From the human T2T-CHM13v2.0 reference genome, Homo sapiens: a stretch of DNA of 64,000 nt. Both the position numbers and the translations under genes were made by a program. The notes under the pieces were generated by a model. That model made no database searches. It worked only from the letters and a program-made list of their open reading frames with translations, and was not told where the DNA came from. Positions within the stretch are counted from its first letter, which is position 1. Every line of letters begins with the position of its first letter. Shown piece after piece: positions 26,823 through 39,808 of this stretch. Where the stretch lies: NCBI RefSeq assembly GCF_009914755.1, contig NC_060931.1; one strand, given 5' to 3'.

Positions 26823-27599
26823 GATAGTGGTCTTTTAACTGATACATACGACATGTAAATCAACTAGCCTCTGCATTCAGCTCTTCACTTTTGCATTTCT
26901 GTGTCCCTCCTAATCATCCCCTAGGCTGCTTCACAGTCAGCAAAGGGCTTGCTCCAGGTGATCCAGATAGCTTTCTGAGTTTACCCTATTGTTAAATCAT
27001 CCTATGAGTAAAGAACCCTAGAAAAAGAGACGTAATAGGTGTCTCTCCCTCAAAAGTCGTGGTGGCTCCAGAAAAACAAAAAAATAACAGAAAATCTATA
27101 GTGGCTCTTCTATTCTTGGTGAATTTATTAACTAGGATTAGACAATGCTTGATCAAGGGTGAGCTGTTGGAGGCAGGGATTTAGTGGCATTTATTCAACC
27201 AGATCTGGACAGACTAGGTGAGGTCTGTCCATGGGGCTGGTAGAATCAAAACAAGATGGCCACCAGGAATCAGTGTTACAGCCAAGAGTTAAGCAACTGA
27301 GTCAAATTTAGGAGAGAAGATGAAGACAGGAACTGAAGTTAGCAACTCAAGTCAGCTGAAATGGGCAGAGAAGCCAAGTTCCAATGGGTCTCAGGAGTAT
27401 CTCTAAGAATTCAATCTCTGTGTCAGGATTCTTCCATTCTAGTCCACGTACACACATGACACTAGACCTGTAATCAGGACTGATCAAAGTCACTTTCTGA
27501 CGTGTAGACATCATTGAATAACGGAAAAAACAGCTAATTAAAAAGAGCAAAAACAAAACCTAACTCCAAATTGTGGCTCCAATATTAATGTCACAATAG

Positions 27600-27730
27600 A
27601 AAGGTTAATTAGTATCTCTGAAAATCAGTTCTTTTCATCAGCAAAATGGGGATAACACCACCTCCTTGAAGAGACCTTTATTTGATGATTAAGTTAGATC
27701 TGTACAGTAAAGAGCCTCCCCAAATATACC
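27600..27730 (+). mobile_element. MIR core fragment
   Basis: tcagttcttttcatcagcaaaatggggataacacc. Confidence 0.6.
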
Positions 27731-28157
27731 ATATACATTTAAAATTGACTATTAATGTGACATTATTTCAATTAAGAGTACTCAGATAATAATTCTTTCA
27801 GAAGACAGATTTTCTCCCATATTTGATTTACATAATGCCTAGACACTTTTAGACTCTTGAGATTCCTATTAAAAATTCTAGTTATATCAGAGATTTTTCT
27901 CAAACACTGAAAAGCCTGAGAGAGCTTAGAAGAAGAGTATGCTTGGGACTCAATGTGGGATTAATAGTAAGACTCACAGCTGTGAAAAAGATGAACTTGA
28001 AGTTCTATGTGGCCCACTGGTAGAGAGTCTGATCGGTGCATTTCTGTGACCTCTGAAGACTGGAGCAATCAGGGTACTATTGTGGTGGATCAGAGGAAAG
28101 GGTGTGGTGGATCTCACAGAACAGTAACTGACTGCAGGCATAGAAAGGAGACAAAGG

Positions 28158-28649
<492 letters not shown>

Positions 28650-28790
28650 TTAATCATACTCTGCATTTGTACGGCATTTTTCACTTTCCAAAGCATGCTG
28701 ACATACATCACTCACTGATCCTGTGAGGCAGGCATGGCATGTGTTTTTACCCCTATTTTATAAATGAGGAAGTACAGATTTAGAGGTTGT
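28650..28790 (-). mobile_element. MIR-family fragment
   Basis: cctgtgaggcaggc...ccctattttataaatgaggaagtacagatttagag. Confidence 0.6.
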
Positions 28791-29511
28791 GTCCTCTATA
28801 AAATTTCATTGTTCAACCTGTGTCAAGGATCTAGATTCAGAAACATTTAGTTGATTTTTGAAAATATATCAGAGTTGGGTGTGTTTCCCTTTAAAAGTTC
28901 TTGGCAATTACAAATTATTTTGAACTATCATGTGAGGTAGTGGCTGCTATGGAAACTGCATTAATACATGAAGCTTGCAAAGCCTGTCACCACATCAGAT
29001 GTTGCTGCCCTTTGGCTATGCTAACTTACTCATCTGTTTTTTTGAAAAATATTTCTCTCTTTCTTCTTTTTCTTTTTTTCCCCAAGCACAAGCACACTAT
29101 GTTTATAATCCAAGACATCTCATTTTGAACAGACTCATCCTTATGAAATTCATTAAATGACTTGGAACAAAAGATTCTAGTGAAAATATGACCTGGGAAA
29201 ATAATAAATTAAAACATATATGCATAGTGTTCATTTCGTATTTCTGTGGCTCAAACAAAATGTGAAAAGAAGCTAAAAAAGAAAAACTAAATTCATGAGG
29301 TAGGATTATGTTTATATGATAATTGCAAAGAAAAATAATGCATGAGTTCAAGTATAATAATTTTATTCTAATAATAAAGATATTTACTATGTCAGTTTTG
29401 ACCAACACTATACATTTAACCTTTGCATTATTTTGTGAAATATTAGCACTCATAGGCATTAATGAATCTTAAAAAAGCAGTCATTACTTTTAGATTTATC
29501 AATTATCTATT

Positions 29512-29592
29512 TTATACGTGTATATATAAATATATAATATGTATATATGTGTGTATATATACATATATGTGTATGTATATATATATATATAA
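29512..29592. repeat. Degenerate (TA)n/(TG) microsatellite
   Basis: Read directly. Confidence 0.85.
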
Positions 29593-30643
29593 AATGTACA
29601 TAGTATCTGTAAATAGTTGCCACCTATATTCCAAAGTTTCATATTTCATATTTTGAATACAGGGTCTCTGTGTCCCAAATGGGACTCAACTGTCTTGAAA
29701 TTGCCCTTGTTCCATCCAAAGAAATAGTGGAGATTTAGATTCAATAATTATATAAACCAGAAGTACTTACTTCCTCCTGTTTTCACTATTCTTTGGCAAA
29801 TACATAAAACCTAATTTTTTTGCCAGATATCTTACTTACCACCTTGTGAGGACTATATATTTGAAATGGCAACAGTCTATATATTTTTCTTGCTGCCAAT
29901 TTATAGGTTATTATGACCTGCTGGTATTCCTTTATTTGAATTTAACTAATTAATCACAAGTGGGATTTTTTCCATATGCTCATTAGTTATTTATATAACT
30001 TCCATAAAATATTTATTCATAAATTTGGTCATTTTGCTTAATGATTTATATTACTTATATGTAAAAGGAAATAAACTTTTAAATAGTGTAGAAAGTATTA
30101 ATGGGTTTGATATATGAAAATTTTAAATTTTTATGTAGTAGGCAAATCTATCATCTTCATGATGTATTACAATGATCTTATGCTTAGAAAGTCTCCCAAC
30201 TGCATACAGTACATATTCATATGCATTTCATAGTTTCAGTTGTTACTTTAAACTTTCCATCAAGTTTCTATATATTTTGAATGTAACACAAACTGATAAT
30301 TGGGCTTTTTTCAAAATAAATAATTTTCCAAACACAACGTTAGAAATAATACATCCTTTCCTATGGATTTATGATATTTTAAATCTTATATTAAGATTCT
30401 AACATTGGTTCCAGAGCTATCCCTTATCTTTCCCTAGATTCTTAAGCCACCACCACATTGTGTTAATTTTATAATGTTAAAATAAATGTTGATTATCTGA
30501 TAACATAATTCACTTTTGAACATGATTTGCAATTCTCATTTGTTTAATTTTCCAGGTAAATCTAATAAGTCCTTACTCCCAATCAAAATTCTCAACGCTC
30601 TTTCTTTTCTGTTTCATTTCATTTGATTTATTTACTCTGCCTT

Positions 30644-31052
30644 TGTCTTAGGCCATTCTTGTATTTTTATAAAGAAATACCTGAGACTGGGTAACTTATA
30701 AGAAAAGAGGTTTAATTGGTTCACAGTTCTGCAGGCTGTACAGGAAGCATAGCGGCATCTGCTTCTGGGGTGGCCTCAGGGAGCTTTTACTCGTGGCAGA
30801 AGGTGAAGCGGGGTCAAGCACATGTAGGATGAGAACAGAGCAAAAAAGAGAGGGGGAATGTACCACACACTTTTAAGCGACCACATCTTGTGAGAACTCA
30901 CTCACTCTCACTAGGACAGTACCAAGAAGAAGGTGTTAAACTATTTCATGAGAAATCTGTTCCTATGATTCAGTCACCTCCTACCAGGCCTCACCTCCAA
31001 CATTGGGGTGAAAACATGAGATCTGGGTGGGACAAATATACAAACTGTATCA
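30644..31052 (-). mobile_element. MSTB solo LTR
   Basis: tgtcttaggcca...aaagaaatacctgagactggg...cacagttctgcaggctgtacaggaagcatagcggcatctgcttctggg...aactgtatca. TSD gcctt/gtctt. Confidence 0.9.
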
Positions 31053-31689
31053 GTCTTGTAGTTAATGTTTATCTTAAGCTTCAAAGAAGTCATTGTTTTA
31101 TCAAAAATATTGAGTATTGAGAGCAGAACTTACAGATTTTTTTTTTTTTTTCGCACAGGGCACTGTGAATGAATAAAAGTTAACTTAATCTCTTTATTTG
31201 GAAGACACTGGGGAAGTCACTCTTGAATAGATGCAAGTTTGGACATTGAATACAGAATTTTTTTAAAGCAGGGTGGTGATAGTGGTAGCAATAAAGAATC
31301 GATAACTCATGCAGAGACAACATAAGATGTTTAACTGAAAAGTTAATTTACATTAGTAAACTGCAGTAATCTCAGCCTCAAGAATAAACAATTTATTTAC
31401 CTTGGGAAATTTGCTTTGAATATGAAAAAGTAATGTAGGAACATTTCTCAAAAAGCATTCTACCCTAGAATGTTCTCTGCCAAACCACTTCCTACCCCGC
31501 CCCCACGAAATCACACTCACATCGTAGAAAAGATTTGCGCTGGTTAAAGTTACTAGCAAATTCCAGTAACTACTGTGCTTCATTTTCTTATTCACAGATT
31601 TAAACAGAGTTATAAGAATTACAAGACCAATGTAATTATGGTTTAAGAGATTAAATGGAGGAAGGAAGTTGTCATTTCAAGAAAGGACC

Positions 31690-31910
31690 TGTATATGAGA
31701 TAGTGAAATATCACAGATAAGCTAAGATTTGAAAGCCCAGTTCCCTTATGTACTGGTGGTTTCATGATGGACAATTGCTTAATCAAGCTAATTTTGGTTT
31801 TCTCATTTGTAAAATTGATAGTAATAATGTTTTGTAAGGAATGTAAAAAAGACTAAAGGAAATAATGGAATGATTTACAAAGTAGGAATGATGCTTAAAA
31901 TGTAGTAGTA
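31690..31910 (+). mobile_element. MIR fragment
   Basis: ggttttctcatttgtaaaattgatagtaataatg. Confidence 0.55.
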
Positions 31911-33292
31911 ATAAATGTTAATAATTATTATGTAGTATGATTACTGGGCAAGTTTTAAGAATGAAAACTCTCCCTAACACTTGGAAGTAAGCAAACTACC
32001 ATTGTCCAATGTAAAAATTACAGAAGAGCTCCCAGACACTAAAGGGAAGATATAACTATAATCAGGACAGAGACAAACCTAGCTGCTCCTTCTAAGAACT
32101 CTATTCATATACTTATAGACAGACCACCATTAAAACACCAAGAGTCCTGTAAAGGAGTCTTATAAATGGTCCTCCACTATCTGGACCTTTGACTAAATTA
32201 AACTGTTTCAACAGTGGCAATGTGGCTGATTATTTTTGAAACAAAAGGCCCTGAAAATAATAGCAACCAAAGGAGTACATATGAAAGATCATTAATTGTA
32301 TTGAAGGAAGCCAAGGAGAATTATACATAAGTGATGATTTTAGATGTACAGCCAAGAAGATTAAGGCTTAAAGAAAAATTAAGAAGAAAAAGTAATTCAA
32401 CTGCCAACAAAAATATCTTCAGTTAATTTGAAGAAATATGTTTTCCACACTGGGAATGTCTAAAAGCTACATTATTTAAAAATTATTCAAAAAATGTGTC
32501 ACAAGTCCCATAGCTCAGCATGTATTATGGACTATGAAAGAAACAAAAAGATCTGAAAGTAATAACCAATCAGATGATTAGGAGAGATAAGTGGAAAAAT
32601 TAAAACATATTTTAAAACCCAAGAAAGAAGCTAGCTCTGATAATCTGATTAAAACCCAGAAGAAAAACACTGCTGTGGCCATTTATCCCTAGTGACACGG
32701 CAGAAGTAGATGGAATAATTTCTGAACAGATTGTTAGCAAAAAGTCCACTCAGAAGATATATATTGTGCTACAGAGTTTTCAGATAAGTTATCAAGACTC
32801 AGAAGGGAAATTTATAACTCTACTAAGAGAATCAGATAATTATCAGAGTAAGACAACATCCTGAAAGAGATAAGAGGTGGAAAATATATACGAGTCTATG
32901 TTCCTTAGTTCTAAATTTACTCTAGTAGGTAACAATTACTGTTGAAAAGAGTACAGTACATTGAAAAATGTACATATATGGGGAACTTCATTTTCTGTAG
33001 AACTGACAACTCTATTCTAAAAGATGACTAGTAATTTTAAAAAGCACTTTAAAAAATTTAAGGCAATTTTAGGTTAAAATTAAGGAAATAATTTTCCATA
33101 AAATGTGAACAGTAAATTCCTGGACAGGACACCTCATCAGATGATCTTTCACGAATCTGTGAACTCCTTTGAGGTCCAAGGGAGTTATTGAGATTGGCTT
33201 TGTGGCATTTCCATTCAAACACATTTTATTGCAGAATAAGATGCTGAGAAGCACAGCTTAAAGAAAAAAAATAAGAAAAAAGAAAAATAGTG

Positions 33293-33500
33293 CATTCATT
33301 CATTCATTTTATCACTCACTTAGTAGACACTTATTGAGTGCTACTATATGCCAGTCAGTGTGATCTAGGTGCTGGTGATAAAATAATTAATTACACTGTC
33401 AACATCCCCTCACATTTTTACATCATAACAGTCACAAAACATGTGACAGCATACAAATTAAGTTATAATATTATGGAATAATAGGTGCTATGAAAATATA
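33293..33500 (-). mobile_element. L2 3' fragment
   Basis: cattcattcattcatt...cacttattgagtgctactatatgccag. Confidence 0.75.
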
Positions 33501-33636
33501 TAGTGTTGTTACCCACAACGTCAAACAATACTCAGGAGGTACAGAGTATTTCAGAAAAAGCAGGCCAATGTAAACAATCCCCGTGAATGTTGATTCAATT
33601 CCTATGGTAACTCGGCAGCACTTCCTGAGCAGTCCG

Positions 33637-34015
33637 TGCTGCAGATTCTGTGGTGTTCTGCCCAGGGCTGACTTACCCATCTCCAAGCTGTTGCGGAAAT
33701 AGGCTTCTGACATTTCATAGTGTGCCTCACTCAAGGTTATGCCCTCTGCCAGCAAGCATAATGAATGGCTGATGGGGAATAAATACACAGGCTCAGTCCC
33801 TCACCTCAATTTAAAACAACTCTAGAAGTTCATTCAGCTCTAGGGCTCCAAGTAGGATAAGCTGAGGCCTCACTTGTAACTGCAATGTGAGTCAGCTTCT
33901 CCCTCTGTCCAGTCTTGCCTCCATCTTCACTTCCTTTAGGTATATTTCCTGAGGGCATTCTCCAATAAACCTTCTACCTGGAATTCTCTGTTTCTAGAAG
34001 ATCCAGTCTAAGGCA
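33637..34015 (+). mobile_element. LTR16A-like ERVL solo LTR
   Basis: tgctgcagattctgtggtg start; tttcctgagggcattctccaataaacc...ccagtctaaggca end. Confidence 0.7.
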
Positions 34016-34361
34016 CTGAGATAAACTGGAGGGATTCAAGTGCTTTCATATGGAGCCTGGGGAAAATTTGAAACAGTTTTCATATGCAAGGTAATACAGC
34101 ACAAAGTTTAGAAGGAAATTTAGATACTAAATACATGTAAAATTTGCAAAAAAGAATTGTTGAAAACCTTTAATGAGAAACTTGAGCTTATATCTGTTTA
34201 AAAATTGGATTTTATGCTTGAAAGGGCTACACACAGCTCCTTATCAAGACTTTTTAATTACATTTTCAAATTCTTAATAGTCACCATCAATAAAAATCTG
34301 CTTATACAGACATGGACAAATCATTTAAACACATTTTACAACCATTCAAAAATTTGGGACT

Positions 34362-34802
34362 TGTAACCTGTACAGACCTGGTGGACTGAACAAAGGGGGG
34401 CGAACACAGGAATCAAAGGCAAGAGACAAGAGTATATTTGTAAGAAGGGGTCGGGGGGCACCTTGCCTCTAGTGCACAAGGGCCCTGAGATTTACACAGC
34501 CCTCCATATTTATTAGGCAAAAGAGATCGGGGTGGGGGGTGTGATTGTTGGGTAATTGTCAGTCAGCAATTTGGTTCACAGCAGGCAAGACTGCATCCTT
34601 TGGATAATAGGTGCTAGATTTCTCAGTAGATAACTTCAAGGAGCCGGGTGCCAGGGAGTGATGTCCCTCAGCAAACCTTTTGGTGGCAGGGCAGTGTGAG
34701 TTTGCCCACATCCTGCATTCATGATAAACAGTTTGCTGTTTAATCATATCCTCCAGTGGACTACTGAGTTGGTCACATCCTACGGGCCTTCGGCTCCCTG
34801 CA
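34362..34802 (-). mobile_element. LTR3 solo LTR (HERV-K HML-6)
   Basis: Minus strand reads tgcagggagccgaaggcccgtaggatgtgaccaactcagtagtccactggagg...aaacagcaaactgtttatcatgaatgcaggatgtgggc. Perfect 6-bp TSD GGGACT at 34356-34361 and 34803-34808. Confidence 0.88.
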
Positions 34803-35539
34803 GGGACTATTGAAGTTATATACATAGAAAGAATCCTACAGATCTTTCTTTCATTAATAATCTAATGATAGCATTTCTTGTGATAGTTATAATAGATTTC
34901 AAATCCATTTAAACTTTTTGAAATGAAGAATTTCAAATAATGGTAAATCTTTCATTTGTAGAACACACATAACATTGCTAGGGCTATGACGCAGCTACTA
35001 GCTTGGATGACTCTAAAATGCACCTGAATTGTAAAATGGACAGAACCCTCAGATATACGTGCAGACAGTTTTGCCCTTGACTTTGATCTGCACACCATAC
35101 TCTTTGGGCACATGGAACATCCACAGTGGCTACTATATGGATGTCCAGTTGATAAGAGTATTTCTTTCCTTATAGTAGAGCAGTAAGTGCTGGATGTTTC
35201 TCCAGTTCACTGCTTGCAGAGACTTTGGACACACTGTCAAGTGGCACTCAAAAGTGCCACTGTCTGACGCACTGAGGAAGAAAGACTTGAGGCTCTAGAG
35301 ACTATTCCAGACCCCACCCTGAGGATTTAAGTGATTTGTGTAGTGTGTCACATCTTGAACCCTCTTATAGCAGATCACTATGTGCTGCATACAAATTGGG
35401 TAGATCAGGAATACACTTCTACGAGTGTCAACTCAAATAACCAAGAGAGAATCCCAGGGAAAGATGTAAATATTAAGCACTGTAATTGGGATAAAGGAAC
35501 TGAGATTGATTGTCCTGGCAATATACATATACAAAGTCA

Positions 35540-36070
35540 ACGGAAGCTGGAAAACAGATGAACCTGTGGTAACTTGCTGAACAGAGCTGAGAAAGAAGAC
35601 TACTCAGGCAGCAGTGGAGAGATTTGAGAATCCCCTAGATTTAAAGCAGAGAACCATCGAAATAGTCAGCAATAGGCAACACCATGTGTCTGTGAGCTAG
35701 GAGACAAGGGCAAGAAGCTAAAATGGAAAACTGAGAGAAACTGTTTGCAAAGCAGTTTGATCTCTAGTTCCACTTCTCCACTATCCCACTGGTCAGAGGA
35801 CAAGGGATTTATTTCCTGGAGAAAGTATGACTGAGGGTCTTTGGCATGGGGATCAATCAACACTGATGATAGTGCTGCTATCCCACAGAAAATAGGGGAT
35901 ACAGTGACCAGATGTACATTATAGGTTGGGCTGAAATCTCCAGGCTTCTTTCTCCACTGAACTCTGAGAATACTTACAGCCAAACCTTTAGCCACCTGGC
36001 AGAAGACTGGCGGAGAACATTCTAGGAAATCTGACCAACTTAAGGGAAAAAAACTAAAGACACTAACCCA
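35540..36070 (+). mobile_element. Possible degraded L1M 5' region
   Basis: ggcagaagactggcgg...ggaaatctgaccaac resembles old L1M 5' UTRs; weak match. Confidence 0.35.
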
Positions 36071-36690
36071 TATGGTTCATCCACCAGCCATCTTTCTGCA
36101 GTGTTCAAAACCCCAACACTCAAACTCAATGTTTCCACTCAGATTTTAGGCTGTCTCCTTCTTTCATCTCTTTTGACTCAGTCCTGATCAGTTTTTATTC
36201 CTCTTCAGAGCAGTTCCTCTGAGTGCAGAACTCTGTTCTAGGAGGACGTTCTGCCAGGTCAATTTTTAGAGTGCATAAGGCGAGACTGCTCAAGCCCCTT
36301 CAATTTCTCCTTTCCACTCTCCCCAAAATTGTGGAGGGCATAGCCCTTCCTGTTCTCGAACTTGCCTGCTAAGCTTTATAATGAGTAGGTGTTGGCTATT
36401 TTGTGGGGTATTCTTTTCAGGTAAGTCAGAGGCTGTTCCCCTCTTCTTGTTTCCGTGGAAACACCAGTCCCATGCCGATCTTGACATTGTTAGAAATTTG
36501 TCCCCACCTGCTTCTGTTTGGGGATTCAAGGGGCACATTGTCCCTGAATTTTGTAGTAAATCTTTCCCATAGGGTTTTGATTTGTTTGTTTTTATGTAGG
36601 AATTCAAAACAATTTAAAAAGCTATGCTGCTATTGTTGCCATGTCCCTGGAATATGCCCTGTACCATTATTATTATTATTTGTTATAGTC

Positions 36691-37305
36691 AGGTTTATTG
36701 AGGTATAATTTACATACAGTAAAATTCATCCTTTTAAGGTGTGCAGTGAGACGAGTTTGGGCAATTATATAACTACCACCCAATCATAATGTAAAACATT
36801 TCCATCATCCAAAAATCTTCTCTCAAGCCATTTAGTAGTCAGTCTTTTTTGCCCACCTTAAGCCCCTTGGCAACAGCTACTCGGATTTCTGTCCCTGTAG
36901 TTTTGCTTTTATCAGAATGTCATATAAATGGAAGCATACAGTACATAGCCTTTTGTGTTTGGCTTCTTTCACTTAGTATAATGCTTTTGAAATTCATCGG
37001 TTTTATTGCAGGTGTTAGTAGTTCATTTCTACTTTTTGCTGAGCCGTATTCCATTGTATGGGCACCTCACAATTTGTTTATTCATTCACTTGGAGATGGA
37101 CATTTGGGTGGTTTCATGTTTTTGGCTGTTAGGAACAAAATTGTTAAAAACATTTACACGCTGGTCTTTCTGTGGATATATTTCTTTTGGGTAAATATTT
37201 TGGAGTAGAATTGCTAGGTTGTATGGTAAATATATATATATATTATATCTTTATAGGAATCTGCCAAACTTGTTTCTTAAAGTGGTTCTACTATTTTTCA
37301 TTCTT
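36691..37305 (-). mobile_element. L1ME/MD-type 3' end
   Basis: tttattgaggtataatttacatacagtaaaattca...gaatgtcatataaatggaagcatacagta...ggagtagaattgctagg. Confidence 0.88.
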
Positions 37306-37339
37306 TCAATGTGCTCTCCTTTTTAACCTGATATAGTAA

Positions 37340-38130
37340 CTGTAGCATATGTATCACTGAAAGTAAATCTATGAAAAACAATGTTATGAGGTTAAGGAAA
37401 CAGAAATCCAATCCAGGAGAAATGTGAAGAAAATTCCAAGGATATCAGCAAAATTATTTCCATATGACACGTGTGTCTTTGGTCTAGAGAATGGTCAGTC
37501 TAAAAGCATTAAAATGGTGGTCTCCAGAAGGGATATCTCCAAGAAAAAAAAATAGTATCATGAGAGAGCCTGATGAGGTTGACTTTTTGAAAATTTGCTT
37601 ATAGAGATTATTGGAAACTGTGGCAAGAATTTGGAGTGGATAAAAAGAAACTGAAGCAATAGAAAACAGAATCAAAGTCATTATTTACTCAAGGAAAAGG
37701 AAAAACCAGGAAGGGAAATATAATCATAGTGCACTACAATTCTCGGCTTTGAAGAACACTTTCACAGGCATAATAATGGAAACGTCAAATACTGATTTTA
37801 CCCAAAATTATGAGATAATTAATTAGACATACACCCTGGGTACAAGAAAGAGGAGAAATGGAGATGTTGTTGATGTAAGAAAATTAAATCCTTGTTTGTC
37901 ATAAAAGGTACTCGGTGGCTAATATGTAAAATTAATAGCAGTCTGCACACATTTCACTTGAGAGACACAAATGCAAAAGAAACATTTAGAAGGTCAAATT
38001 TGGTTGGCTCAGGGGAGGCAAAGTAGGAGAAGTTGGGAGTCATAGGACAGGGAACCATCCTATATAATAATACTATTTGCCTTTGTGTGTATGTATCATG
38101 TTATAAAAATAAATAATTTTTAAGTAAAAA
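37340..38130 (+). mobile_element. HAL1-like fragment
   Basis: ggaaacagaaatccaatccaggagaaatgtgaagaaaattccaaggat...ggtctagagaatggtcagtc resembles HAL1. Confidence 0.55.
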
Positions 38131-39582
38131 TAAAAGGGTATCACGTGCAAGTTCACAGTCCTGGGACCAAATCAGTGAATACAGTATTTATGTCTAATTA
38201 GAATAATTGTCCATTCATTGAAAATTATGCGTATTTTCTTTTTAGGAGACACATAATGCTGTGATCTGTATGCAAAGCTCCCTTAAGATAAAATGCATTG
38301 TATTTCCTGATCTTAGGAACACTCAGTCAGCCACAGGTGATTGGAAAAATAACTGACTAATTCATTGTTTGGCCAGACTAGTCATAAACTCTCCCAATAA
38401 TGTGAGTTGAGATAAAGACTTTGAAGTAAGTTAACAAAGAGACTGAGGCTGCTACTTTGGATCAAGCAGAGATTTATTAGGAAGAAGAGAAAGCTAGACT
38501 ACAGAAAGAAGTAAAGCAGCATATACCAAAGGAAAAGACCCAAAAAGCAAAACAGAGATAAAACTAATCTCAAAATGGCTTTTGTCTCTTATTTTCTGGA
38601 GGACTTGATGAACCCAGTTCCCATATTTGATATATATCAGATCAGGGTCCTGAAATTAATCCCAATAAACACTGTTATTCTTTACCATGCCACATTCCCC
38701 ACATTTATCAACATTTAAGAGATCCCAAAGAGAATCTTTGATAAGCAGAGAGGCAAATTCAGTTAGGAAACTTGCCCAATGATAAGAAAGTGACAGAGAT
38801 TCCTGACCAACTTTTAAACCGGGTCCTCTGAGCCCAGTGGGGCCTCTCCTTGTGTGGAACCTCCCAGAGCTCAAATTTAGCAAGAATCTCTCTAAGTAGG
38901 TTTAGTCAAAATACCCCATCCTTGATGTCTAATTCCCCTTGATATCTGACCAAATTCCTCATCCCCCATCATCCCGCAGGTGATATCTGATCACACTGGC
39001 CTATCTTCAGCAAGAATCCTGTTAGGTCACTATATCCAGAATGTCCTCCTGTCCCTGATGTTTTCTCTTAATAGTTTTCCATCCACTGAGCTCCATCCTG
39101 CTCCTTGGCTATAAATTCTCACTTTTCCTTGTATTTTGAATTGAGTCTACTTCTATACTGAGGTGTCTTTTTCCTTATTGCAATAGTGTTTGAGTAAAAT
39201 CTGTTTTATCTGCTTTAACTCCCACCAGTCTCTGGTTTTTTCTTTAACATTTATGGTAAAACAACTTGGATAGTATCAGATTCATCTTTGGACTCCTGAA
39301 CTTCTCACTTGGGACCCAAATGTGCACATTTGAAGTCTTTGTTTTCACTCCTGACTGACCAACCAGGGATCCATTGATGAGTCTGACTTCTGAACCAGTG
39401 CTCCAGATGTCCCTTGAAGCACACAGTTAGGACAGATTTCTATTCTTAACATCGTGAGTATACTTCAGAAGCTGTGGGTAGAGCCCTTGATTTTTCTGTT
39501 TGTAAGAAGCTGTATTAGAGTCCTGGGCAAAGTGAAGTTGAGTTAGAATCCTAGACTTGTCTCTGCAAGAAACAGAACCTGG

Positions 39583-39808
39583 GCTGTGTGTGGTGGGGCA
39601 TGCCTGGAATCCCAGCTATTCAGGAGGCTAAAGTGGGAGGAGGGCTTGAGCCCAGGAGTTCTGGGCTGTAGTGAGCTGTGCTCATCGGGTGCCGCACTAA
39701 GTTTGGCATCAATATGGTGACCTCTCAGGAGCCAGGGACTACCAGGTTGCCTAAGGAGAGGTGAACTGGCCAAGTTCAGAAATGGAACTGGTTAAAACTC
39801 CTGTGATC
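39583..39808 (+). pseudogene. 7SL (SRP RNA) retropseudogene, 3'-truncated
   Basis: Alu-like 5' domain followed by the S domain: ctgggctgtagtg...gcactaagtttggcatcaatatggtgacc...ccaggttgcctaaggag...aaaactcctgtgatc. Confidence 0.93.

Noticed and set aside
32000-33070. A-rich block possibly an ancient L1/HAL1 ORF1 remnant
   Set aside because: Too degraded to assign by eye
39543-39773. 76-aa minus-strand ORF, or a functional SRP RNA gene
   Set aside because: The ORF is the antisense of the 7SL copy. The copy is diverged, CpG-decayed and lacks its 3' end.
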